Shown here: in pieces, positions 51,032 to 59,846 of the stretch
Numbering within the stretch: the first letter of the stretch is position 1
Layout of the letters: the number at the start of each line of letters is the position of its first letter
Origin: an uncultured candidate division Zixibacteria bacterium
Lineage (GTDB): Bacteria > Zixibacteria > MSB-5A5 > SM1-73
Assembly (NCBI GenBank): GCA_903908285.1
Contig: CAIVRH010000023.1
Span: 25,052 to 89,051 of the forward strand
DNA length: 64,000 bases
Reading direction: 5' to 3'
Made by a program: the position numbers and the translations under genes
The notes under the pieces: model-generated
The model's database searches: none
What the model was told of the DNA's origin: nothing
The model's input: the letters and a program-made list of their open reading frames with translations, nothing else

Positions 51032-52459
51032 ATGAAAAACATTGGTAATATTATCAAGACATTACAAAACATTATGCGCAAAGACCCCGGTGTTTCCGGT
51101 GATGCTCAGCGGATTGAACAACTAGGCTGGATGATTAGTCTCAAAATTTTGGACGATAGCGACAAACAGCAGAAGTTGATAAACGACAACTACATATCCC
51201 CTATACCAAAATATCTACAGTGGCGGAGCTGGGCGGGTGATGATGAAGGTATGACCGGAGAAGATCTTAAAGAATTTGTTGACGGCACGTTAATACCAAA
51301 GCTTAAAAATCTTGATGTGAGTTCTGGTAATAAACGCGCACTCATTATTCGTGAAATATTTGATGGCACGAACAACTATATGAAGAACGGTACCATCCTT
51401 CGCCAAGTCATAAACCAGCTCAACCAGATTGATTTCAACAGTTCCGAGGATCGTCACGTTTTTGGAGATATCTACGAAACGATTCTGAAAGACCTGCAGA
51501 GTGCCGGGAATTATGGAGAGTTTTACACTCCTCGCGCACTTACTGAGTTTATGACGGAAATGATTAACCCGCGACTGGGCGAAAAAGTATTAGACCCGGC
51601 ATGCGGTACAGGAGGATTCTTAACCAGCGCAATTGAGAACATCCGCAAGCAGGATGTTAAGGGTGTAAAGGACCTCAAAGAGCTTGAGAAGACCATCCAC
51701 GGGATGGAATTTAAGCCTCTGCCCTTTATGCTAAGCGTTACGAACCTTATTCTGCACGATATCGAAGTCCCTAATATTGATTATATAGACAGCTTAAATC
51801 GCGAATATACCTCAATTGGGCATAAGGATCGGGTTGATGTAATTCTTGCTAATCCACCGTTTGGTGCGTCTGTTACGGATGGTGCTGAAACAAATTTCCC
51901 TCAGAATTTCCGCACCACAGAAAGCGCCGATCTTTTCCTGATGCTGATGATTCGGTATTTGAGAGACGGTGGGCGTGCCGGGATTGTTCTTCCGGACGGT
52001 TCGCTTATGGGCGACGGCGTAAAACAGCGCATCCGCCAGCATTTATTGGAGAATTGCAATTTGCACACTATTGTCCGCTTACCGAATTCGGTTTTTCAGC
52101 CCTATGCCAGTGTTGCCACCAATTTGCTTTTCTTTGAGAAAGGTAAACCTACTAAAGAGATCTGGTATTGGGAGCATAAACTTCCTGAAGGAATGAAAGC
52201 ATACAGTAAAACGAAGCTCATTCAGAAAAATGAATTTGACGGACTTAAAAAGTGGTGGAAGAAGCGCAAAGAGAATAAGCAGGCGTGGAAGGTCTCGATT
52301 AAAACGATAGCGGAAAATGGATATAGCCTTGACATCAAGAATCCGCACACACCTGAAGAAGAACAATCTTATTCGAGCTCTGAGATTGTCTCCATGCTTC
52401 ACGATTCATTCCGCAAAAGTGACGAGCTTCTGGACAAGCTAAAGAAGGAGCTTAGTTAA
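51032..52459 (+). CDS. hsdM: type I restriction-modification N6-adenine DNA methyltransferase subunit
   Basis: HsdM N-terminal domain, SAM-binding LDPACGTGGFL, catalytic NPPFG. Confidence 0.9.
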   Translation: MKNIGNIIKTLQNIMRKDPGVSGDAQRIEQLGWMISLKILDDSDKQQKLINDNYISPIPKYLQWRSWAGDDEGMTGEDLKEFVDGTLIPKLKNLDVSSGNKRALIIREIFDGTNNYMKNGTILRQVINQLNQIDFNSSEDRHVFGDIYETILKDLQSAGNYGEFYTPRALTEFMTEMINPRLGEKVLDPACGTGGFLTSAIENIRKQDVKGVKDLKELEKTIHGMEFKPLPFMLSVTNLILHDIEVPNIDYIDSLNREYTSIGHKDRVDVILANPPFGASVTDGAETNFPQNFRTTESADLFLMLMIRYLRDGGRAGIVLPDGSLMGDGVKQRIRQHLLENCNLHTIVRLPNSVFQPYASVATNLLFFEKGKPTKEIWYWEHKLPEGMKAYSKTKLIQKNEFDGLKKWWKKRKENKQAWKVSIKTIAENGYSLDIKNPHTPEEEQSYSSSEIVSMLHDSFRKSDELLDKLKKELS

Positions 52460-53742
52460 TGGCTGAATGGAAGACAATCGATGAGCTTTTCGATTACGGA
52501 AAAGGGACTTTGCAAAGTTCAAAGTGCTCGCCCGGCAAATACACCTTTATTACTGCCGCTGAAGAGTGGAAGACTCATGAAATATTCACGCACGACTGTG
52601 AGGCTTTAATATTTGCCATGGCGGCCTCTGGTTCGCTGGGCAGGACGCACTATGTGAATGGGAAGTTTATCTCCAGCGACCTTTGTTTCATCCTTACCCC
52701 CAAGAAGGGATTGCGACTCGACCTGACCTTCTACTATCGTCTCTTCAACTTCCTGCGGGCTGATATAGTCAAAAAGACTGCGACAGGCACTTCAAAGCTG
52801 GCGATTAACCAGACAAATTTTGGAGCGTACAGACTTCCTTATTTTGAGTACGAGCACCAGCTAAGTTTTAGGGGCAAGATAGAGACCATAACAGGCATTA
52901 ATGAAGCGTTTTCTAAGGGGATGGACTATCAGTTATCCCTTCTTGCTAAACTTCGTCAGGCCATGTTGCAGGAAGCTATTGAAGGTAAGCTCACAGCCAA
53001 ATGGCAAAAGTATAATCCGGAATTGATCAGCGGTGAAAATCACGCCTCAAAGCTCCTTGAGAGAATCCGAGCTGAGAAAGACAGCCTCCTCAAGGAAGTC
53101 AAGGTACGTAAAGAGAAACCTCTTTCTCCCATCACTGATGACGAAAAACCCTTTATCCTACCCGAGGGATGGGCGTGGTGTCGGTTGGGGGAAATTGGAA
53201 GCACTAATATAGGGTTGACTTATTCGCCCAATGACATATCTGATTCTGGTATTCCTGTGCTCCGCTCCAATAATATCCAAAATGGAACTATTGATTTAAA
53301 TAATCTTGTCAGAGTAAAAATGGAAATTAACGGAAGCCAATATATTAGAAAAGGAGATATCTTAATTTGCGCCAGAAATGGCAGTAAAGCATTGGTTGGG
53401 AAAGCAGCTCAGATTAAAAACATATCTGAATCGATGGCTTTTGGTGCATTCATGGCAATTTTTAGGAGTAGGTATAATGGTTACATCGAAATATTTTTAC
53501 AGTCGCCTATTTTTAGAAGACTGCTAGATAAAGTTAATACAATGACTATTAATCAATTAACTCAAAGTAATCTAAAAAATACAATTATTCCGTTTCCGCC
53601 ATCTGATGAGCAACAAGCCATTGTTGAATGGGTAGATAAACTGAAGGCTGTGATCGACGAAATGGAAAAACAAGTCACCAAGCGCAAATACCAGTCCGAA
53701 ATGCTGATGCAGTCGGTCTTACGAGAGGCATTTGCGGGGTAA
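52459..53742 (+). CDS. hsdS: type I restriction-modification specificity subunit (two TRDs)
   Basis: Two target-recognition domains separated by the conserved coiled-coil spacer (LSLLAKLRQAMLQEAIEGKL...). C-terminal conserved repeat ...MLMQSVLREAF. ATGA overlap with hsdM. Confidence 0.85.
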   Translation: MAEWKTIDELFDYGKGTLQSSKCSPGKYTFITAAEEWKTHEIFTHDCEALIFAMAASGSLGRTHYVNGKFISSDLCFILTPKKGLRLDLTFYYRLFNFLRADIVKKTATGTSKLAINQTNFGAYRLPYFEYEHQLSFRGKIETITGINEAFSKGMDYQLSLLAKLRQAMLQEAIEGKLTAKWQKYNPELISGENHASKLLERIRAEKDSLLKEVKVRKEKPLSPITDDEKPFILPEGWAWCRLGEIGSTNIGLTYSPNDISDSGIPVLRSNNIQNGTIDLNNLVRVKMEINGSQYIRKGDILICARNGSKALVGKAAQIKNISESMAFGAFMAIFRSRYNGYIEIFLQSPIFRRLLDKVNTMTINQLTQSNLKNTIIPFPPSDEQQAIVEWVDKLKAVIDEMEKQVTKRKYQSEMLMQSVLREAFAG

Positions 53743-53823
53743 TGAATTATTTTAGTTCATAGGTCAGGTGTCCTGCGCTCCTGAGTTATACACCTCTTCA
53801 ATTCCCTCTTGTCAGCGGAGTAA

Positions 53824-53949
53824 AATAATCAGGCAAAGGTAAAAGTACTTGAGCGGGAGATAGACCAATCCTACGGATCCAAAGTCGGATTGGTGTATAA
53901 GCTCTATGGCTTAACCGAAGAGGAGATAAAGATTGTGGAGGGGGAATAA
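53824..53949 (+). pseudogene. orphan C-terminal fragment of a DNA methyltransferase / type IIG RM protein
   Basis: 41-codon ORF remnant ...LEREIDQSYGSKVGLVYKLYGLTEEEIKIVEGE*. The ...VYxLYGLTEEEIKIIE tail is the stereotyped C-terminus of N6-MTase/TaqI-like C-terminal-domain proteins. No upstream body remains. Confidence 0.55.
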
Positions 53950-54780
53950 CCAACCCCCCTACCCCCCTTATCAGGGGGGCAAAAAAGAAAGTCCCCCTGA
54001 CAAGGGGGATTCAGGGGGTTCTAAACACACAGACCCACCCCCCTTTCGAATTTCCCCCATTTTCAAGGGGGTTGGCTTTTGTAGCCGCAGACATTTGTCT
54101 GCGCAGGGGATCTGGTTTCTTGTCCCCCTGATATCGAACACGTAGCACCCGACCAAAGTTTACCCTGAGCATAGTCGAAGGGTGTCGGGCGTTTTTTCTA
54201 ATCTGTTCCATCCGTTGACCGTATTATCCCCCTCTCCACAAGTGTGGAGAGGGGGAATCAAAGGGGGTGAGGTCTCTCTATTTTTCTCTCTTACCACCAA
54301 TATAAATTCAATACAACTTCGGTGGTGAAAAGTACACCGTCCCAATAGGTGGAGGCACTAATGTTTTTTACATGTACCCAAATTCTCATGGAATCGAAGA
54401 ATTGCTTTGCATTTTGATTTTATGACCTTAAACCTTTCACCTTTAACCTTAGACCTTGAACCCTTGAACCTTTTCCGCCGAAGGCGGAGAACTCTCAACA
54501 ATAAATGCTTTTGACTTTATTGAACCTTTGAACTCTTGAACTTTTGAACTTTTATTCTCGAATCCTTGAACCTATAACCTGCCTTACGAATGGACTTTCT
54601 GATGATGAAAAAAATGAAAACCACGTTCCCCAAGCCCCCCAATCCCCCCATGCCCCCCCACGTTCGGCGAGTCACGCTTCCCCTCTCTTTTTTAAGAGAG
54701 GGGACACAGGGGTGAGTTCCAGGACTTTGAAAGAATGAAAAAATGAAATCCACAAGTCCAGTAAGTCAGGATTAATGAGC
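53950..54780. repeat. ~830-bp non-coding, hairpin- and repeat-rich tract
   Basis: Contains CCCCCTCTCCACAagTGTGGAGAGGGGG (54228-55), CCCCTCTCttttttaaGAGAGGGG (54681-704), CCGCCGAAGGCGG (54474-86), CCCCCTGAcaaGGGGG, and CCTTGAAC-type 7-mer runs (54424-54580). Only short low-complexity ORFs. Confidence 0.6.
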
Positions 54781-54782
54781 CC

Positions 54783-55655
54783 CTATCTGTCCTTCAAAAC
54801 ATCTACCATCTGCCGGTGTATTTTTCCGTTGGTGGCTAAGATCTCTTTCATATAGATATTGAATGGTCCTCCGGAGAAATCGGTAACTTTTCCTCCAGCT
54901 TCGGTAATCAACAAGCTACCTGCTGCCATGTCCCAGGGAGAGAGTTTCAATTCCCAGAAGCCGTCGAATCTTCCCATAGCCAGATAGCATAAGTCTAATG
55001 CGGCTGCTCCCATCCTCCTTACCGCCTGGCATTTTTTGTAGAAATTAGTAAAGTGGTTCAGATTGTTGATTCTGCTGGTCCTGATATCATAAGGAAAGCC
55101 GGTGGCTAACAGGCTTTTCCCTAATTCATGTTCATGGGAAACAGAAATCTTACGTTTGTTTATGGACATACCTTTTTCTTTATATAGATAAGCCCCATTT
55201 CCTTTTTCTGCGACAAAAAGCTCGTCCAAATTTGGGTTGTAAACCACTCCCAGGATGATCTTCCCTTTTTCTTCCAGGGCGATGGAAACGCAATAAACCG
55301 GAAGATTGTGAGCATAATTGGTGGTACCATCCAATGGATCGATCACCCATTTAAAATCCGATTCAGGCTTTCTTTCCTTACTCTCCTCGGTTAAAATGCC
55401 ATGATCGGGGAATTCTCTTCGGATTATTTTGATTATCGCTTCCTCCGACAAGCGGTCCACCTCGGTTACCAAATTCACATCGTCCTTAAAGCCGATCTTT
55501 TTATCCATTCCGGAGTGCTTGGTTATAATCTCCCCTGCCTCCAAAGCCGCCTCGACTGCTAATTTTGTGAACTCCTGCATCATTTCTCCTGAATCATCAG
55601 AAACTCTAATACTTGAATCCTGTTTCCATAAGAAGATATATCTTTGCGAATTCAA
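54783..55655 (-). CDS. suhB: inositol monophosphatase family protein
   Basis: VTEVDRLSEEAI, WVIDPLDGTTNYAHNLP and GAAALDLCY motifs of the IMPase/SuhB family. Confidence 0.85.
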   Translation of the reverse strand: MNSQRYIFLWKQDSSIRVSDDSGEMMQEFTKLAVEAALEAGEIITKHSGMDKKIGFKDDVNLVTEVDRLSEEAIIKIIRREFPDHGILTEESKERKPESDFKWVIDPLDGTTNYAHNLPVYCVSIALEEKGKIILGVVYNPNLDELFVAEKGNGAYLYKEKGMSINKRKISVSHEHELGKSLLATGFPYDIRTSRINNLNHFTNFYKKCQAVRRMGAAALDLCYLAMGRFDGFWELKLSPWDMAAGSLLITEAGGKVTDFSGGPFNIYMKEILATNGKIHRQMVDVLKDR

Positions 55656-55817
55656 AGCAAGGTTTTTAAATTAACTTGGCAGTGGAATATTTTGCTTGCT
55701 TTTTGTTTTGAACGTCGTATATTCACAAAAAGTTTCGGGTTGCGTATAAGAGAAAGGAAATTTCGAGTTAGAAATTCAGAGGTTGGATTAATAACCGATC
55801 AATATAGATGAATAATT

Positions 55818-55899
55818 GGAGAGGTACCCAAGTGGCCAACGGGAACAGACTGTAAATCTGTCGGCGATGCCTTCGAAGGTTCGAATCCTTCCCTCTCCA
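55818..55899 (+). tRNA. tRNA-Tyr (GUA)
   Basis: Acceptor GGAGAGG/CCUCUCC, anticodon stem ACAGA/UCUGU with loop CUGUAAA, long variable arm, T-arm GGUUCGAAUCC. No encoded CCA. Confidence 0.8.
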
Positions 55900-55908
55900 T
55901 TTTTAAGG

Positions 55909-55999
55909 CAGTTATTAGTTCGTGGTTCATGGTTCGTGGTAAAACAATTTTTAAACGGGGTGGGGAACTACCTACTACGAACCCCGAACCAATAACTAA
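55909..55999. repeat. ~90-bp element with ~28-bp imperfect terminal inverted repeats built from GTTCRTGG octamers
   Basis: Left arm cagttattagttcgtggttcatggttcgtgg. Right arm ctactacgaaccccgaaccaataactaa is its imperfect reverse complement. ~32-nt loop between. Confidence 0.6.
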
Positions 56000-56003
56000 A
56001 AGC

Positions 56004-56240
56004 GCGGGAGTAACTCAGTTGGTAGAGTCTCCCGCCTATGGCGGGATGGTCGCGGGTCCGAAAGATAGAAGAATATGAATATGCGGGAGTAACTCAGTTG
56101 GTAGAGTCACCCGCCTATGGCGGGATGGTCGCGGGTCCGAAAGATAGAAGAATATGAATATGCGGGAGTAACTCAGTTGGTAGAGTCTCCCGCCTATGGC
56201 GGGATGGTCGCGGGTCCGAAAGATAGAAGAATATGAATAT
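56004..56240 (+). repeat. three perfect-to-1-SNP tandem 79-bp repeats, each a tRNA-Gly-derived pseudo-tRNA (5' acceptor + D-arm + CCCGCCtatGGCGGG hairpin + T-arm 5' half) plus a 21-nt AT-rich tail
   Basis: Units at 56004-56082, 56083-56161 and 56162-56240. The first 25 nt are identical to the tRNA-Gly at 56241. They lack the T-stem 3' half and acceptor 3' strand, so they are not functional tRNAs. Confidence 0.8.
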
Positions 56241-56313
56241 GCGGGAGTAACTCAGTTGGTAGAGTCACAGCCTTCCAAGCTGTTGGTCGCGGGTCCGAGT
56301 CCCGTCTCCCGCT
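56241..56313 (+). tRNA. tRNA-Gly (UCC)
   Basis: Acceptor GCGGGAG/CUCCCGC, D-arm ACUC-AGUUGGUA-GAGU, anticodon stem ACAGC/GCUGU with loop CUUCCAA, T-arm GCGGG-UCCGAGU-CCCGU. No CCA encoded. Confidence 0.8.
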
Positions 56314-56338
56314 ATTTTTTTGATTGATTCCCAACAAC

Positions 56339-56665
56339 TTAGCTTCCCATTTCCCCAATTTGTTTCAGTTTTGTTTCAACTTTATTACTGAAATTGAGCA
56401 CGTTGATGGCTTCCTGCTTGTGGCTTTTCGATAGGTGGGAATACTTCTCTGTGATCAGGAGAGAGGAGTGTCCGAGATATTCTTGGATTGTTCGGGAGTC
56501 GACGCCTTTCATGATTAGGTAGCTGGCGAAGGTATGGCGGAGTGCGTGCAGATTAGCACCCTGGATTCCTGTTTGCTTATTAACCTTTATTCCTATTTTT
56601 AAGGGTTTATTTAAAAAAGCCCAGTCAGTTACCTTCAGAAGTTGATTGTTTATGACGACGATCAA
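56339..56665 (-). pseudogene. truncated tyrosine recombinase/phage integrase (C-terminal catalytic fragment only)
   Basis: ...ANLHALRHTFASYLIMKGVDSRTIQEYLGHSSLLITEKYSHLS carries the HxxR...Y catalytic box. The first ~35 aa are unrelated and there is no room upstream for an N-terminal/core-binding domain. Immediately 3' of tRNA-Gly. Confidence 0.7.
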
Positions 56666-56896
56666 CAGGATGGAGAAATAGCCTTAATGGGTGGTTTCAT
56701 TGATTTCTGGGCAATAAAAATCCTGTCCCATCGTTGTCGCATAAATATTATTATACCTAACTACTCCTTAGTTAACAAGAATCTACTTGCTTTTTAAGAA
56801 ATTTGAGCTATTTTTCAATAAAAGAATCAAAACTTTGCTTACAACCATTAAACATGAAATAGCACTTTTTAACCATTCCAAGGACCGAAGGATAGC

Positions 56897-59212
56897 ATGT
56901 ACAGTCTATTTAATGAACTTTTCCTGGCTAGAGCCATATCAAATATAGCAAGATCGCGAAAACGAGGGAAACTCCTGATCCTTTTAGCATTACTGTTAAC
57001 TGCAACAACTGCCTGGGGTTATTGCCCAGAAGATAGTGTGGATAGAGGAAACTGTGATACGATGTATATAGAACCATGGCCTGCTGATGTCGCAGACAGT
57101 GTTTGGTCACATCCTGGACCATATTTTGTTAGAGTTCCTATCTACATCACTGACGATATATATGCATCTTACGATTCAATCCTAGCATTTACCATTCCTC
57201 TATGTTACACTCACACCAACCCGATGAAGTATTGCAGTGTCAGCACGTACTGGAATAGAACTCTGTGGAATACCTCAGGTTTATGGCGCAGTATCTTTAG
57301 ACACCTTCCCAGCAACCAAGATCCCCAAGTTCACAATTGGATGATGGACCTTTATGATGTTGGAGAAGGGTGGGAATGGGATAATATTTTTTTGGATATA
57401 GATAATACTTCACATTTTTGGTTGACTGTAATTAAAGGGATGAATGATCCGCGGTTTCTAGCAGGTAGCAGAATTCTTCTGGCAACTATGACCATGAAGC
57501 TAGAAGATACCATGAACATATGCATTGATACGTGCTTCTGGCCACCCTCCACCCGTTTGGCCTTTTTTGTTAATAACGAGTATGGCTCGGCTCAAGCCAA
57601 GCTTCCCAGATCAGGAACTGACACTTCAAGTTTTCAGTTTTGCTTTCCATATCAATTTCATGCTCCTCACGTCGTCTCTATCTCACCCATGCAAAATCAA
57701 CTGAATGTGCCTTTTAACACCAACATATCTGTGACTTTCGATATTAATGTACTTAAAACCACGATCAACGAATCAACTTTTCTGGTCAATGCATGGTCTA
57801 CCGGACTTCACCGAGGCACAATTACATACGACATCTTGACTAAAACCGCTACCTTGAATCCAACCCATGATTTCGACCAAGGTGAAATCGTAACCGTAGT
57901 TCTTAACACAGGCATAGAATCATCGACAGGAATCCCCATGGAAAGCAGTTATATCTGGTCGTTCACCACGAAAGTTAATGGTGGTTCCGCATGCTTTATA
58001 CCTCCAGTCAACTATGAGACAGGAGATCGGCCTTTAGGTGTTTTTTGTGCTGATTTGGATGGAGATGGAGATGTGGACTTAGCTGTAGTGAATGGGCTCA
58101 GGAACACGGTTTCCATACTGAAGAACAACGGAGATGGAACTTTTCAGCCTAAAGCGGATTACAACACAGGGGCTAATCCCGTTTTTGTTTCTTGTGCCGA
58201 CTTGGATAGGGATTCAGATTTAGACTTAGTTACAGCAAATACTGATAGCGATAATATTTCCGTGTTTAAGAACAAGGGGGACGGGATATTTGATATGGCA
58301 GTGAACTACGATGGTGGAGATGGTCCTTATTCTATTTTTTGCGCGGATTTAGATGGGGATGGCGATTTGGACTTAGCTGTGGCAAATGTTTCTAGCAACA
58401 ACGTCTCAATCTTGAAGAACAACGGGAATGGGACTTTTCAGACCGCGGTCAACTATGGTGTCGGTTTAGAGCCTCGTTCTATTTTCTGTGCGGATTTAGA
58501 TGGAGACAAAGATATGGACATAGTGGTGGGAAATTATTCAAGCAACAATGTTTCCATCTTAACGAACAATGGAGATGGCACATTCCAAGATACCGTTAAT
58601 TATGCTGCTGAGATTAGTCCCCGTTCTGTGTTTTGCGCGGATTTGGATGGAGATGGTGATTTAGATTTAGCTGTAGCCAACGTCAGTGGTAGTGTTTCTA
58701 TCTTCAAGAACAACGGGAATGGAACGTTTCAGGATAAGGTTAACTATAGTACTGGAGATTATGCTAATTCCGTATTTTGTTCGGATTTGGATGGAGATGG
58801 TGATCTGGACCTAGCGTTGTCATGTCCTGGTAGCTCTGGCGATATCTATGTTTACAAAAACATTGGGGACGGGACATTTGAGACCCCGGTGGTCTTCAAT
58901 GGTGAAGAAACCCCTTCATCTGTTTCTAGTTCGGATTTGGATGGAGATGGTGATTTGGACCTGGCTGTGACAAATTCCGAAAGTGACAATGTCTCGATTC
59001 TCTTTAATATTTACCGTGGTAACTGCAACGGCGATAGTGTAGTAGACATTGGTGATGTAGTATTCTTAATAAACTATCTTTTCAAGAGTGGTCCGGAGAT
59101 TCCTTGTTTGTCTGTCGGAGATGCTAATTGTGACGGAATGGTTAATATCGGTGATGTGGTTTACCTAAACAACTATCTCTTCAAATTAGGTCCACCGCTA
59201 ACCTGTAAGTAA
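56897..59212 (+). CDS. secreted FG-GAP/VCBS-repeat (integrin-alpha-like beta-propeller) protein with two C-terminal dockerin-like repeats
   Basis: Eight repeats of FCADLDGDGDLDLAVAN...SILKNNGNGTFQ. The C-terminus has GNCNGDSVVDIGDVVFLINYLFKSGPEIPC...GDANCDGMVNIGDVVYLNNYLFKLGPPLTC. Confidence 0.7.
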   Translation: MYSLFNELFLARAISNIARSRKRGKLLILLALLLTATTAWGYCPEDSVDRGNCDTMYIEPWPADVADSVWSHPGPYFVRVPIYITDDIYASYDSILAFTIPLCYTHTNPMKYCSVSTYWNRTLWNTSGLWRSIFRHLPSNQDPQVHNWMMDLYDVGEGWEWDNIFLDIDNTSHFWLTVIKGMNDPRFLAGSRILLATMTMKLEDTMNICIDTCFWPPSTRLAFFVNNEYGSAQAKLPRSGTDTSSFQFCFPYQFHAPHVVSISPMQNQLNVPFNTNISVTFDINVLKTTINESTFLVNAWSTGLHRGTITYDILTKTATLNPTHDFDQGEIVTVVLNTGIESSTGIPMESSYIWSFTTKVNGGSACFIPPVNYETGDRPLGVFCADLDGDGDVDLAVVNGLRNTVSILKNNGDGTFQPKADYNTGANPVFVSCADLDRDSDLDLVTANTDSDNISVFKNKGDGIFDMAVNYDGGDGPYSIFCADLDGDGDLDLAVANVSSNNVSILKNNGNGTFQTAVNYGVGLEPRSIFCADLDGDKDMDIVVGNYSSNNVSILTNNGDGTFQDTVNYAAEISPRSVFCADLDGDGDLDLAVANVSGSVSIFKNNGNGTFQDKVNYSTGDYANSVFCSDLDGDGDLDLALSCPGSSGDIYVYKNIGDGTFETPVVFNGEETPSSVSSSDLDGDGDLDLAVTNSESDNVSILFNIYRGNCNGDSVVDIGDVVFLINYLFKSGPEIPCLSVGDANCDGMVNIGDVVYLNNYLFKLGPPLTCK

Positions 59213-59240
59213 TTAACAGTATTCAGTTGTCAGAGATCAG

Positions 59241-59280
59241 GCCGAGCCTCTAAATCAGGGACTCGGCTTTCTTTTTAGTT
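59241..59280 (+). terminator. rho-independent terminator after 56897..59212
   Basis: GCCGAGcctctaaatcagggaCTCGGCtttcttttt. Confidence 0.65.
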
Positions 59281-59604
59281 TGTTTCAATCAATTTTTTCT
59301 GTTTCTTGCGGAATCCTCGCCTACGGAAAAGCGATGCATAATTAGGATCCTTTCGCAATTCGAACACTCTCTTACTGAAGTAGTCTTGAAATAGCTTTAT
59401 ACCGGTTTCACCATAAATCAGCGCTACATCTTGGATAAGAGCAACCCGAGAGAGCTTTCGACGGTATTTTCTATTGAATTCGTAGATTATCTGAGCGGAA
59501 ACAGGGTAATATTTCTTGAAATTCTCCCACCACTCATCCCAGTCAGGTCTCATAATGGCATAAGACTCTAAGAAATCTTTGACCCATCTTTTCAGTGCTT
59601 GCAT
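59275..59604 (-). CDS. hypothetical basic protein (109 aa)
   Basis: GGAGGTGA RBS 8 nt upstream of the ATG at 59604. Trp/Tyr-rich, Lys/Arg-rich C-terminus. No known domain. Confidence 0.45.
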   Translation of the reverse strand: MQALKRWVKDFLESYAIMRPDWDEWWENFKKYYPVSAQIIYEFNRKYRRKLSRVALIQDVALIYGETGIKLFQDYFSKRVFELRKDPNYASLFRRRGFRKKQKKLIETN

Positions 59605-59627
59605 TGAAAATCACCTCCTTCCTGTTT

Positions 59628-59672
59628 AGGGCTCCGAGTCCCGTCTCCCGCCTGTGGCGGGATGGTCGCGGG
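59628..59672 (+). repeat. distal partial tRNA-Gly repeat (candidate attR): 3' 19-24 nt of tRNA-Gly followed by the CCCGCCtgtGGCGGGATGGTCGCGGG unit
   Basis: tccgagtcccgtctcccgc (59633-51) is identical to tRNA-Gly 56294-56312. The next 21 nt match the internal unit of the 79-bp repeats with one change (tat->tgt). Confidence 0.7.
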
Positions 59673-59682
59673 ATATTAATTC

Positions 59683-59707
59683 AGTTCATGGTTCGGAGTT
59701 CGTAGTG
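59683..59707. repeat. GTTCRTGG-type octamer tract
   Basis: agttcatggttcggagttcgtagtg, immediately after the attR-like repeat. Confidence 0.55.
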
Positions 59708-59846
59708 AAGCATTTTTACGTTACCTGGTATTCCTCGATTTCTACTTGGGATATGCGTGGCATGTTTTGTTATGACTTATATAAAAAACAGGCTTTGGTC
59801 AAAAACCAAAGCTTGTTTTTTTGTCGTTCCGCAGAATAAAATTCAA

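Noticed and set aside
54517-54753. Small ORFs (60-78 aa) in the hairpin-rich tract after the RM operon
   Set aside because: Translations are dominated by Pro/Gly/Lys runs produced by the CCTTGAAC and G/C-rich palindromes. They have no RBS, so I treat the region as non-coding.
56004-56240. Possible CRISPR array or functional tRNA gene cluster
   Set aside because: The units are contiguous 79-bp direct repeats with no unique spacers, so it is not a CRISPR. Each lacks the 3' T-stem and acceptor strand, so they are not functional tRNAs.
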